Part shown: in pieces, positions 18,701-27,034 of the stretch
Position numbering within the stretch: the stretch's first letter is position 1
Layout of the letters: each line of letters opens with the position of its first letter
Source of the DNA: Acidobacteriaceae bacterium
GTDB taxonomy: Bacteria; Acidobacteriota; Terriglobia; Terriglobales; Acidobacteriaceae
Length of the DNA: 64,000 bases
Direction of reading: 5' to 3'
Assembly: GCA_003160215.1 (NCBI GenBank)
Contig: PLQW01000093.1
Coordinates: forward strand, 40,540 to 104,539
The notes under the pieces: generated by a model
What the model saw: only the letters and a program-made list of their open reading frames with translations
What the model was told of the DNA's origin: nothing
The model's database searches: none
Made by a program: the position numbers and the translations under genes

Positions 18701-18730
18701 GAAATCGAATGGTAGGTAGTTCTGCACCAT
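15710..18730 (-). CDS. UvrD/PcrA-type superfamily-1 helicase fused to a C-terminal PD-(D/E)XK nuclease with a 4-Cys (Fe-S) cluster (AddA/AddB-like)
   Basis: Motifs are Walker A AGAGTGKTT, DEFQDSN, TVHSAKGLEF and VAMTRA. The C-terminus carries IVDYKTGK (nuclease core) plus CPLAF...CRFCSYRSLC. The preferred start is ATG 18730 (MVQNYLPFDF...) with GAGGG upstream; the ORF track frame opens at 18793. Confidence 0.9.
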   Translation of the reverse strand: MVQNYLPFDFEPTDQQRRAIEHVHGPMLVVAGAGTGKTTVLSRRIAQLIDSGAAEPDEILAVTYTRNAAAELIARVGGILHPQLDRQRAARKLMASGLQANTFHAYCYGLLRDSGISFGLIDDTDLLILLRQRIAELKLEHYIKASEPGTFLEELLKFVRRCHDELRTPDDYDNYVARLERKELPLPRMGKSKDAAVMGAEQVLGRCRELARVFRFTEDLLKREGLGTFGHILTRAVELLGRRRSLLERAQKRARFILIDEFQDSNIAQLRVTSLLAGAEANVFAVGDPDQAIYRFRGATSGIFEEFLATFGPGRVQRVSMSQNRRSTPPVLRCAYQAISCNPVVKLQAGEWKREPLECLRLKEEPELANAPAVQAIVHNGCEQEAEFVVDTIEAMRRQRPAMPLRDFAVLYHLHNHRDAVVAELRRRGIATAVRGADRFETPEVRDAVAALRLVEGPNPIALFRVAALPQFRVDPERFRAELALAGRNGSAEAALEKSGPGREVMDLVRESRREVAEAKGDLLAAMKIAQPAFQLPESPGWQCLQEFAGRWYGKPRLIRGEGTLREFLDHLKLFRDVGGCLTDDDDADPVTALAPKDLTAGELLHDAVQLMTVHSAKGLEFPCVFVLRVVSPSFPSGHRQALIEFPIELRSAVAAAEADSKTLHAAEQRRLFYVAMTRAMDDLYVCGELRRGKDPIPPKFMRELASARVSMLRGAIECHQLPPSDIVPTMHAAAEPQPLIAQWMQLPARCDAPLGELSASAIEQYERCPLAFKLSRDWCIPEEPAAMMQFGSAMHLALKAYFDGVRAGHPPDEDAVIACFRDEFGKAKIEEDAQRELYDKDGCEQLRQFLRSDLAKPTGEILNNERFFRANIGGTIVKGRMDRLERVEGDRVSIVDYKTGKPKTQDDADESLQLSIYALAAKSMGFLADSLVIVNLADCSAVQSRRSPAELADEEARVGAAAANIAAGHFEPRPGRHCRFCSYRSLCPATELLVAQPAERTAQVN

Positions 18731-19044
18731 GCCCTCGGTTATGCGAAGAAAAAGCGAACACGCTATTATGCTCGGTTGGCGGACAGATGGCAAGAGGACT
18801 GAGGATTAGTTAGCAGATTGTCACCCTGACCGCGAGCATCGCCTTCACTCTGGAGCAAGAAACAAACATGACAACACGATTCACGCGTGCCACGCTGTTT
18901 CTCTCGCTAGTACACCAAGTGTAACGATCTGAAACTGCCAAGCGGAAACTTGTTCCGTGCGACCCATACACCCAAAACGGCCACATCCTCCAGCGTATAA
19001 TCGTCGTTTGCGCACATCATTCCAAGCACAGTAGGGATATCCAC

Positions 19045-19893
19045 GTGAGTTCTCATTCGCACATGCCCGGCCAACCGCAGGCGGGGCCGCAGCCGCTTCC
19101 GGGAGTCAACAGCATCATCGCCGTGGGCTCCGGCAAAGGCGGCGTTGGCAAAACCACTTTGGCAGTGAACCTGGCTATCGCACTGGCGCGCCTGGGCCAC
19201 AAGGTCGGATTGCTCGATGCCGACGTGTACGGCCCCAACGTCCCGCTAATGCTGGGCACCACGATGGCGCCGAGCGTGGTCGGCGAAGATCGCATTCTAC
19301 CGCCGGAGCGTTACGGCCTGAAGGTGATGTCGGTCGGCTTCCTCAGCCCGGGCGACAAACCTCTGGTGTGGCGCGGCCCCATGCTGCACTCCATCGTCAA
19401 GCAGTTTCTCGGCCAGGTGGAGTGGGGGCAGCTTGACTACCTCGTCGTCGATCTGCCACCGGGCACTGGCGATGTCGTGATCTCGCTGGTGCAGACCGTG
19501 CCGCTGACGGGCGCGATCGTGGTCACCACGCCGAGCGACGTTGCATTGCAGGACGCGCGCAAAGCCCTCGAGATGTTCAAGCAGGTGAAGGTGGACATCC
19601 TCGGCATCGTCGAGAACATGAGCTACTTCGTGTGCCCGCACTGCCAGCATGAGATCGACATCTTCTCCAAGGGCGGAGGGGCGCGCACCGCGCAGCAGTT
19701 CAACGTGCCGTTTCTCGGCAGCATCGAACTCGATCCCGACATCCGCAAAGGCGGCGACAGCGGCCAGCCCATCGTACTCGAGGGCGACCAGTCTCCGCAC
19801 GCCAAGTCGCTGTTCGCGTTCACCCAGCGCGTGATCGAGCGCACCAAGGAATTGCAAGAAGCGGACAGCGGCAGCGTGATCGAAATTCAGTAG
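19045..19893 (+). CDS. apbC: Fe-S cluster carrier ATPase Mrp/ApbC/NBP35 family
   Basis: 282 aa with the deviant Walker A GSGKGGVGKTT, DLPPGTGD and a CPHC pair. The start is GTG 19045 or ATG 19063. Confidence 0.92.
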   Translation: MSSHSHMPGQPQAGPQPLPGVNSIIAVGSGKGGVGKTTLAVNLAIALARLGHKVGLLDADVYGPNVPLMLGTTMAPSVVGEDRILPPERYGLKVMSVGFLSPGDKPLVWRGPMLHSIVKQFLGQVEWGQLDYLVVDLPPGTGDVVISLVQTVPLTGAIVVTTPSDVALQDARKALEMFKQVKVDILGIVENMSYFVCPHCQHEIDIFSKGGGARTAQQFNVPFLGSIELDPDIRKGGDSGQPIVLEGDQSPHAKSLFAFTQRVIERTKELQEADSGSVIEIQ

Positions 19894-19898
19894 AAAAC

Positions 19899-19935
19899 TG
19901 CCCCGCCCTAGCCAAAATCAGGCTAGAACGGGGCA
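19899..19935. terminator. bidirectional stem-loop between convergent apbC and the M23 peptidase gene
   Basis: Nested stem TGCCCCG..CTAGCC-aaaatca-GGCTAG..CGGGGCA. Read on the minus strand it is followed by GTTTTC; on the plus strand a T-run follows about 10 nt later. Confidence 0.6.
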
Positions 19936-20001
19936 CCCACATTCGATTTTCCGAACGAATTCGGGATCTACTGGAGCTTGGCGGCCACCCACCCGCTCAT
20001 C

Positions 20002-20892
20002 TTACGGGAGATTGCCCAACGTTAAGCTCAACAGGCTCGCGGGATCGAGATACGCCCCTTCCCAACGAACGCCCATGTGCAGGTGCGGGCCGGTAGCTCT
20101 GCCGGTGGCGCCACTCAAGCCAATCTCCTGGCCCTTGGTGACTTTCTGCCCTTCGGCAACTTTGAATCGAGACAGGTGCATGTACAACGTCATAAACCCT
20201 TCTCCGTGGTCGATGATCACGCAGTTGCCTTCGTAAAACAGTTTGCGAGCCAGCACTACCTCGCCGGAATTCGCCGCCAGCACCGGCGATCCGGGCTTGG
20301 CCCGGAAATCCAGGCCACGATGAACGCTCACCAGCTTGCCATTGAACACCCGGCGCGTGCCAAACGAATCGGACACCACGGAACCGATCGGAGCACGGAA
20401 ATCTCCTGACCATTCAGGGGTCGGAATCTGGTGTGAGAACGCGATGTCCTTGGCTTGCTTATCGGCTTCTATTCGGCGCAGGGCTGCAGCGTCCGGCTTC
20501 ACAAAGCGGTCAGGCACCCGAAGCGATACGGTCTTATAGTTGGATGGGCCAACCTGAACATCGCGAGACAGGTGAATCACCTCTCCATCCGGCATCGTGG
20601 CGACAACATAGAGCGGGTAGACTCCCGGCAAGGCTTCCACGTCAACTCCAGCCAACCCATACCACTCGTGGCCATCGCGCCCCTGGAAGAACGATACGTC
20701 ACGTCCCATCCACTTCGCGCTTAACTTTGCGGGAGAGCCTTCTAGTTGAACCGCGAATAGACACACCGATCCCGATTGCAGCTCTTGCGGCGTCCAAGTA
20801 ACGCTCCTGAAAGCCGTAACTCCCTTCGCCACGGTGAACGGGACGGTGCCGACAAGGAGCAGTATCAGAGCGAAGTGAATGCGGTGGCGCAT
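20002..20892 (-). CDS. M23 (LytM-type) metallopeptidase
   Basis: The C-terminal domain carries HRGLDFRA, DHGEGFMTLYMHLS and GPHLHMGVRW. The preferred start is ATG 20892 (MRHRIHFALILLLVGTVPFTVAKG, signal-like). The ORF track frame extends to 21180. Confidence 0.85.
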   Translation of the reverse strand: MRHRIHFALILLLVGTVPFTVAKGVTAFRSVTWTPQELQSGSVCLFAVQLEGSPAKLSAKWMGRDVSFFQGRDGHEWYGLAGVDVEALPGVYPLYVVATMPDGEVIHLSRDVQVGPSNYKTVSLRVPDRFVKPDAAALRRIEADKQAKDIAFSHQIPTPEWSGDFRAPIGSVVSDSFGTRRVFNGKLVSVHRGLDFRAKPGSPVLAANSGEVVLARKLFYEGNCVIIDHGEGFMTLYMHLSRFKVAEGQKVTKGQEIGLSGATGRATGPHLHMGVRWEGAYLDPASLLSLTLGNLP

Positions 20893-21117
20893 GACTTGGT
20901 CGTCCAGGAAGCGTCGCCTCTGCTTTTGGAGGAGGGTTGACGCAATCGGATTGGAAGGGAGTTTGTACTGGAACTTTAGCTTATGCAAGGGAAAACTGAC
21001 GGCAGTCGGGGCGAATGAAAATGCGTTGCGCGTAACGGTAACAGAAACCACCCAAGCAAAAGCAGCTTGGGTGGGGCACCCCAAGTTATACTGCAGTAGC
21101 TGTACACGGAGTTGCAT

Positions 21118-21447
21118 ATGCGAACCTGGATCTTGCTTCCTTGTCTTCTGCTGTTGTCGCTGATGAGTCTCGCCCAACAATCGCCCTCAAGTCAGGCCAA
21201 CCCAAACGGCGCTCCCGCCGGCGGTGCCGCAGCCATGACGGTTGTGGGTTGCGTGAGTTCCATCAACGGGTACTTCACTCTCGGGACGCGCCGCGGCGAT
21301 CTCTACCGTCTCAAGGGCGACCACGACACCCTTTTCGGTTATAACGGCAAGGAAGTTGCCATCAGTGGAACCGTGACTTCCTCCGAGAAAGGCCGGACCC
21401 TGCAGATTTCAAAGATCAAGAAGGTGTCTGACACCTGCCAATACTAG
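21118..21447 (+). CDS. small secreted protein, unknown function
   Basis: MRTWILLPCLLLLSLMSLAQQ signal peptide, then a low-complexity linker and a compact beta-rich domain (VVGCVSSINGYFTLG..YRLKGDH..GKEVAISGTV). ACGGAG lies 7 nt upstream of ATG 21118. Confidence 0.5.
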   Translation: MRTWILLPCLLLLSLMSLAQQSPSSQANPNGAPAGGAAAMTVVGCVSSINGYFTLGTRRGDLYRLKGDHDTLFGYNGKEVAISGTVTSSEKGRTLQISKIKKVSDTCQY

Positions 21448-21497
21448 GAAGGGCTTGAAAGTTTCCGGGGCTAAAAGCCCCGAAACATCACAACAGC

Positions 21498-21526
21498 TTG
21501 GACGCCGGACTGAAGGCCCGTACTAT
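21498..21526 (+). promoter_or_regulatory. candidate sigma70 promoter P1 upstream of CIRCE
   Basis: TTGGAC, 17-nt spacer, TACTAT. CIRCE would then lie about 50 nt downstream in the leader, which is the usual layout. Confidence 0.45.
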
Positions 21527-21576
21527 GCGTACGAGCGGGTACATCCATCCTGGAAGCGGCTAGCCGGTCTGAGCAT

Positions 21577-21603
21577 TTAGCACTCGACTAAGTTGAGTGC
21601 CAA
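21577..21603 (+). promoter_or_regulatory. CIRCE operator (HrcA binding site)
   Basis: TTAGCACTC-gactaagtt-GAGTGCCAA against the consensus TTAGCACTC-N9-GAGTGCTAA. It lies 107 nt upstream of hrcA. Confidence 0.88.
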
Positions 21604-21605
21604 CC

Positions 21606-21634
21606 TTGACACCGGCCCGCTTGCTTCCTAGAAT
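21606..21634 (+). promoter_or_regulatory. candidate sigma70 promoter P2 immediately downstream of CIRCE
   Basis: TTGACA, 17-nt spacer, TAGAAT. Confidence 0.5.
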
Positions 21635-21709
21635 ATAGGTGCGGAACTGTTTCCTGCATATCCGTAACTAATTGCAAAAACGCTGGTTAGCTTCCGCCGG
21701 ACTTTATTC

Positions 21710-22759
21710 ATGGACGCACCGGCAAATATCGGCAGACGGGAGCGCGAAATTCTCACCGCCGTCGTGGAGTCTTACATCTCCACGGGAGAGCCGGTGGGCT
21801 CGCGCACCCTGGCTCGCGCCAACCGCGAGAACCTCAGCGCTGCTTCCATTCGCAACGTGATGGCCGATCTCGCCGACGCTGGATTTCTGGAGCAACCGCA
21901 TACCTCGGCGGGCCGCGTTCCGACCACCAAGGCTTATCGCTACTACGTGAAACAGTTGACCGGGGAAGCGCGTCTGTCGCCCGCTGACGAGGGTTTGATC
22001 CAGGGAAGCCTGCAAGGTCTGCAGGATGTGCCCGAGTTCATGGAGCGCAGTTCGCATGTGCTGTCGCTGATTTCGCACAGCGTGGGCGTCACGGTCAGTT
22101 CGATAGCGGGCCAGCACAACGCACTGGAGCATGTGTACTTCCAGCGGATGGCCGACAAGAAAGTTCTGGCCGTCGTGGTCATGCGCAACGGCATCGTGCG
22201 CGACCGCGTGCTGCGGCTCAGCCAGGATTTGGCGGTGGCCGATCTGGAAGCCGCCGCAGCCTATATCAATCAGAACTTTCGCGGTTGGGAGATGGAGTCG
22301 CTGCGCAACGAGATCGGCAAGCGGATCCAGCAGGAGCGCAGCGAATATGATCGCCTGATGCGTTCGGTGGAGCAGCTCTGCGCGCAGGGTGCGCTGGCCA
22401 CCGAAGCCGCCGCCCAGGCGGTGTACGTGGAAGGCGCGGCGAACCTGGTGATCACCGAGCAGGACCAGGAGCGCCTGCGGCAGTTGCTGGCCACGCTGGA
22501 GGAAAAGCAGCGTATTGTCGATCTACTCTCTGCGTACCTCGACGTCCGCCAGGAGGCGGTGCGCGTAGTTGTGGGTCTGGAAGACGCCGTACCGCATCTA
22601 AGTAACTTCGTACTGATTGGAATGCCAGCGCGGGTGGGCGACGAGGTCATGGGTTCGCTGGCTGTGATTGGCCCGACCCGCATGGATTATGAGCACACCA
22701 TGACTGCGGTGTCGTACATCGCGCGGCTGTTCGACCAACTCTGGAACGAGTCGACCTAG
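21710..22759 (+). CDS. hrcA: heat-inducible transcription repressor HrcA
   Basis: 349 aa with N-terminal RREREILTAVVESYISTGEPVGSRTLA, the winged helix typical of HrcA. CIRCE lies upstream and grpE-dnaJ downstream. Confidence 0.95.
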   Translation: MDAPANIGRREREILTAVVESYISTGEPVGSRTLARANRENLSAASIRNVMADLADAGFLEQPHTSAGRVPTTKAYRYYVKQLTGEARLSPADEGLIQGSLQGLQDVPEFMERSSHVLSLISHSVGVTVSSIAGQHNALEHVYFQRMADKKVLAVVVMRNGIVRDRVLRLSQDLAVADLEAAAAYINQNFRGWEMESLRNEIGKRIQQERSEYDRLMRSVEQLCAQGALATEAAAQAVYVEGAANLVITEQDQERLRQLLATLEEKQRIVDLLSAYLDVRQEAVRVVVGLEDAVPHLSNFVLIGMPARVGDEVMGSLAVIGPTRMDYEHTMTAVSYIARLFDQLWNEST

Positions 22760-22767
22760 AAATAATT

Positions 22768-23367
22768 ATGCCAGCAAAGAAACACAATGGAAGCTCCGCT
22801 GAGGCGGAGTTGAATCTGGACCACGAACTTCCGCCAGCAGAAGAGAACAATGCGTCCGCTTTACAGCCTGACGCTGAAGCCGGCGGCAAAGTCGCGCCTG
22901 CGGAAGACCCGGCAACGGAATTAGAGCGCGTCCGTAACGAACGCGCAGCCTATCTCGACCGCGCGGCGCGCATCCAGGCCGAGTTCGAAAACTATCGCAA
23001 GCGCAGCGAGAAACAGCAGCAGGAGTTCAAGGAATACGCCCTTGCCGGTGCGATGACGACGTTGCTTCCGATTCTCGACAGCCTGGATCGTGCGCTAAAC
23101 ACCAAGGCGGCATCGCTGGAGGATTTTCACTCCGGTATCGAGCTAATCGATAAGCAGTTTCACGATGCGCTGGCCAAGTTAGGGGTGCAGCCCGTGCCCG
23201 CAGTCGGCGAACCGTTCGATCCCAATTTGCATCAGGCGATCCAGATGGTGGACACGAACGAAGTCGAGGACAACCATGTGCTCGACGAGCTGCAGCGTGG
23301 CTACAAGTTGAAGGATCGGCTGCTGCGTCCGGCGATGGTGCGCGTGGCTCGCCATCCCAAAGCGTAA
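22768..23367 (+). CDS. grpE: nucleotide exchange factor GrpE
   Basis: 199 aa containing YLDRAARIQAEFENYRKR and LRPAMVRV, both GrpE signatures. Confidence 0.95.
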   Translation: MPAKKHNGSSAEAELNLDHELPPAEENNASALQPDAEAGGKVAPAEDPATELERVRNERAAYLDRAARIQAEFENYRKRSEKQQQEFKEYALAGAMTTLLPILDSLDRALNTKAASLEDFHSGIELIDKQFHDALAKLGVQPVPAVGEPFDPNLHQAIQMVDTNEVEDNHVLDELQRGYKLKDRLLRPAMVRVARHPKA

Positions 23368-23393
23368 ATCAGTCTCGAAAAAGGTAAACAGTT

Positions 23394-24527
23394 CTGGCTA
23401 CCAACGTTAAACGCGATTACTACGAAGTGCTGGGCGTCGGCCGCGCGGCCAACGACCAGGAAATCAAGAGCGCCTATCGCAAGCTCGCTCTACAACACCA
23501 TCCCGACCGCAATCCGGACGATCCTCAGGCCGAAGAGCGATTCAAGGAGTGCAGCGAAGCCTATGCGATTCTTGCCGACACTGACAAGCGAGCGCGCTAC
23601 GACCGCTTCGGTCACGCGGGAGTTTCCAGCGGCCCGGGCGGCAACGGCGGATTCGACACTACGGTGTTCAACGATTTCCACGACATCTTCGGCGACCTCT
23701 TCGGATTTGGCGACATGTTCGGCGGGCAGGGCGGACGCAGCCGTTCGCGCGCCCAGCGCGGCGCCGATCTGCGCGAAGATCTCAGCCTCGAGTTCGAGGA
23801 AGCCGTGTTTGGCGTCACCAAGCAAGTGCAGGTCCGGCGGCTCGAGGAGTGCGACCAGTGCAAAGGCAGCGGCGTGGCTCCGGGCAAAGCGCCCATCACC
23901 TGCACCACCTGCGCGGGGCGCGGGCAAATGCGCTATCAGCAGGGCTTCTTTTCCATATCGCGCACCTGCGCCACCTGCCAGGGCTCGGGCAAACTGATCG
24001 TCGATCCCTGCACCCAATGTCGAGGCCAGGGTCGCATTACGCGCCAGCGCACGGTCACGGTGAGAGTTCCCGCGGGGGTCGAGGAAGGGGCGCGCATGCT
24101 CTACTCGGGCGAGGGTGAGGCCGGCCTTTACGGCGGACCTTCCGGCGATCTCTACGTCGTACTGCACGCCAAGGAGCATGCGTTCTTCGAGCGTGAAGGC
24201 AAACACCTGTATTGCGCCGTTCCAATTTCTTTCGCGCAGGCGGCGCTGGGCACGGAGATTTCCGTCCCCACGCTCGATGGCGAACATGTCCTGAAAATTC
24301 CCGAGGGCACCCAGACCGGGGCCACGTTTAGGGTAAAGAACAAAGGTGTGCCGGTGCTCAACGGCCATGGGCGCGGCGATTTGCATGTAGACGTCAAAGT
24401 GCAGACGCCGTCGAAACTCACCAAGCGGCAACGCGAACTGTTGCAGGAGTTGCAAACTACAACCTCGGTGGAGAACAAGCCTGTCAGCCGCTCGCTGCTG
24501 AACAAGATGAAAGGCATCTTTCAGTAG
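23394..24527 (+). CDS. dnaJ: molecular chaperone DnaJ (probable CTG start)
   Basis: J-domain (KRDYYEVLGV...HPDRNP), a G/F-rich region, four CxxCxGxG zinc-finger repeats and a C-terminal domain. The conserved KRDYYE lies upstream of the first ATG/GTG (23427). Between the in-frame stop at 23385 and that point, only CTG 23394 is a plausible start, with AAGG 9 nt upstream. Confidence 0.9.
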   Translation: MATNVKRDYYEVLGVGRAANDQEIKSAYRKLALQHHPDRNPDDPQAEERFKECSEAYAILADTDKRARYDRFGHAGVSSGPGGNGGFDTTVFNDFHDIFGDLFGFGDMFGGQGGRSRSRAQRGADLREDLSLEFEEAVFGVTKQVQVRRLEECDQCKGSGVAPGKAPITCTTCAGRGQMRYQQGFFSISRTCATCQGSGKLIVDPCTQCRGQGRITRQRTVTVRVPAGVEEGARMLYSGEGEAGLYGGPSGDLYVVLHAKEHAFFEREGKHLYCAVPISFAQAALGTEISVPTLDGEHVLKIPEGTQTGATFRVKNKGVPVLNGHGRGDLHVDVKVQTPSKLTKRQRELLQELQTTTSVENKPVSRSLLNKMKGIFQ

Positions 24528-24529
24528 TG

Positions 24530-24626
24530 GGCACTTGGCTTTTGGCTTTTGGCTTTTAGCTTTTAGCTCTTTACCTTCCACTGCGACCGTGGCCTGCTAA
24601 AAGATAAGAGCTAAAAGCTAAGAGCC
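24530..24626. repeat. inverted pair of 7-nt tandem arrays (hairpin cassette) downstream of dnaJ
   Basis: Left array: cacttgg cttttgg cttttgg cttttag cttttag ctcttta. Right array: gctaaaa gataaga gctaaaa gctaaga gcc. The reverse complement of the right arm matches the left arm at about 21 of 22 positions (ggctYttagcttttagctctt). The loop is about 20 nt. Confidence 0.85.
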
Positions 24627-24664
24627 ACGGGCTAGGCCCGCCGTCGTCGAAAGATAGACACCCC

Positions 24665-25048
24665 TTGGACAAAGCCCTCCGCATCTACGCGTGGTTCCTG
24701 CTGGTGGTGACCGCATTGCCGGCGGCCGCGCGCCTGGCCAGGCCGCGCGAACTGGCGCGCATTGTGCTGATGCGCTACCAGGATCCCAAGCGGCGCAAGC
24801 GCGCCCGCATCGGCGGGCTAATCTATTTGGGATTGTCGCTGCTGGCCATTCCTTTTCTGCTGCGCGCCCAAGTGCGCCAGGAGCGTTGGTTGGTGATGGC
24901 CGTTCTGGTCGGGATGGTTTCGGCGCTGGAGTTCCTGCTGAACAGCCGTCTCTTCAGCGAAGATGATCTGACCCGCGAGAACCGCGTGTTCGGTGGAGTC
25001 TACGCTTCTATGGCCATCGCCACTATCCTGTTGCTGATGACCCGATGA
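24665..25048 (+). CDS. small membrane protein, unknown function
   Basis: 127 aa with 4 hydrophobic segments. TTG start. The stop overlaps the rsmE start (ATGA at 25045), which suggests translational coupling. Confidence 0.45.
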   Translation: MDKALRIYAWFLLVVTALPAAARLARPRELARIVLMRYQDPKRRKRARIGGLIYLGLSLLAIPFLLRAQVRQERWLVMAVLVGMVSALEFLLNSRLFSEDDLTRENRVFGGVYASMAIATILLLMTR

Positions 25049-25812
25049 CGCGGCGCCGCTGGATTGCCGACGAGTTCTCCGCCGATCGCGCTGCCTTGAC
25101 CGGCGAGCACGCCGCACATTTGTCCCGCACCTTGCGCGCACGCGTCGGTCAGCTGTTCGAAGTCGCTTGCGGCGATCAAGTCCGGCGAGCCACCGTTGCC
25201 AGCGTGCAGGACGAGCGCGTGGAGTTTACTCTGGGCGAAGAAGTCGCGGCTCGCGAGGCTGTATCCATCACCCTGCTGCTCGCCGTCTTCAAGTTCGATC
25301 GCATGGAGTGGGCAATCGAGAAGTGCACTGAGCTGAACGTCACCACGATCATCCCTGTGATTGCGCGCCGCACCGAAAAGCACCTTGCTCTCGCGGCCAG
25401 TAAGCGCGTCGAGCGCTGGCGGCGCGTCGCTCGTGAAGCGGCCGAGCAGTCGCGTCGCATCGCGCCTCCGGAGATTGGCAACCCGGTGAAGGTCAGCGAT
25501 GTTTTCGGGCTCACTTCCGCGGGCGATGTCGCATTGACCGACCAGGGCAATTTGACGGCGGTCGATGTTCCTGGGAGCCGGCGGATCGTTCTCGCCGAAA
25601 GCGAACGGGAGGCATCGTTTGTCGAAGTTCTCCGCCCTCTCGTCGAGGTGAAATCACTGTCTCTCGCAGTTGGACCTGAGGGTGGCTGGACAGGGGAAGA
25701 GTTGCAGAGTTTCGCAACTTCGCACTGGATGGCCGCCTCACTCGGCGATACCATTCTTCGCGCCGAGACCGCTGCGATTGCGGCAGTAGCGATAGCCAGA
25801 GCGGAGCTTTAA
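25045..25812 (+). CDS. rsmE: 16S rRNA (uracil1498-N3)-methyltransferase RsmE
   Basis: 255 aa with the N-terminal PUA-like MTRRRWIADEF...HL..LR motif and C-terminal SPOUT motifs (LAVGPEGGWTGEE, LGDTILRAETAAIAA). Confidence 0.88.
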   Translation: MTRRRWIADEFSADRAALTGEHAAHLSRTLRARVGQLFEVACGDQVRRATVASVQDERVEFTLGEEVAAREAVSITLLLAVFKFDRMEWAIEKCTELNVTTIIPVIARRTEKHLALAASKRVERWRRVAREAAEQSRRIAPPEIGNPVKVSDVFGLTSAGDVALTDQGNLTAVDVPGSRRIVLAESEREASFVEVLRPLVEVKSLSLAVGPEGGWTGEELQSFATSHWMAASLGDTILRAETAAIAAVAIARAEL

Positions 25813-26068
25813 TCCAAATCGTCGCGTTTTGTGCGCAAGTTTTGAATCTGCGGTTGGAGCTTCGGCACCCAACAGTGGTAAGCTAAAGGCGCTTTTTCAC
25901 AGTCGCTGAGGACTATGTTGCACAGCAGGACATGCACGCGCTCTCAGTTCGTCGGCGCCAGCCATCAAACCTTGCGCTGTTGTTGTTGCCTTTAGCTGAT
26001 TCTTTGCTCGCCTCCACTGAATCAAACCGTATATCCATAAGCCTCAGTCAAACTTTCGGGAGGTCGCT

Positions 26069-27034
26069 ATGAAGATTGCGAATGACGTTACCGAACTGAT
26101 TGGAAACACCCCTTTGGTGCGCCTCAACAAGGTAACCGCAGGCGCGAAAGCCACCGTCGTCGCCAAGCTGGAAGGCCAGAACCCGTGCAGCAGCGTAAAG
26201 GACCGCATCGGCGTCAGCATGATCAACGAGGCCGAGCGTGCGGGCAAGATCCAGCCCGGCAAGACCGTGTTGATCGAGCCGACCAGCGGCAACACCGGGA
26301 TTGGCCTGGCATTCGTGGCCGCGGTGAAAGGCTACAAGCTGGTCCTTACCATGCCCGACACCATGAGCCTGGAGCGCCGGGTGCTGCTGAAGGCATTTGG
26401 CGCGGACATCGTACTGACGCCTGGCATCAAGGGCATGAAGGGAGCGATTGCCAAAGCCGACGAGCTACTCGCCAAAATACCCAACGGCTACATGCTCCAG
26501 CAATTCGACAATCCAGCGAATCCCAAGATCCACCTGGAGACCACCGGCCCGGAAATCTGGAACGATACCGACGGAAAAGTGGACATCCTGATCTCGGGCG
26601 TTGGCACTGGTGGCACGCTGACCGGCGTCTGCGAGCACATCAAGCCCAAGAAGCCCTCGTTCAAGGCGATCGCGGTCGAGCCTGTAGAAAGCGCCGTCCT
26701 CTCTGGCGGACCGCCAGGCCCGCACAAGATTCAAGGCCTCGGCGGAGGCTTTATTCCCAGCATTCTGCGCACCGACTACATCGATGAAGTCATCCAAGTG
26801 TCGAGCGAGGATGCCTTGGCGATGGCGCGCCGCCTGCCCAAAGAAGAGGGCCTGCTGGTTGGTATCTCGTCGGGAGCGGCAGTGGTTGCAGCTTTGCAAG
26901 TTGCGCAGCGTGACGCAAACGCAGGCAAGCTGATCGTGGTCGTGCTTCCCGACTACGGCGAGCGCTACCTAAGCAGCCTTCTGTTCGAGCAGCTCCGCAA
27001 CGAGTCGCTGGCCATGGAGGCCGAGGGCGTTTAA
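26069..27034 (+). CDS. cysK: cysteine synthase A (O-acetylserine sulfhydrylase)
   Basis: 321 aa with the PLP lysine motif [20 protein letters not shown] and [19 protein letters not shown]. Confidence 0.95.
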   Translation: MKIANDVTELIGNTPLVRLNKVTAGAKATVVAKLEGQNPCSSVKDRIGVSMINEAERAGKIQPGKTVLIEPTSGNTGIGLAFVAAVKGYKLVLTMPDTMSLERRVLLKAFGADIVLTPGIKGMKGAIAKADELLAKIPNGYMLQQFDNPANPKIHLETTGPEIWNDTDGKVDILISGVGTGGTLTGVCEHIKPKKPSFKAIAVEPVESAVLSGGPPGPHKIQGLGGGFIPSILRTDYIDEVIQVSSEDALAMARRLPKEEGLLVGISSGAAVVAALQVAQRDANAGKLIVVVLPDYGERYLSSLLFEQLRNESLAMEAEGV

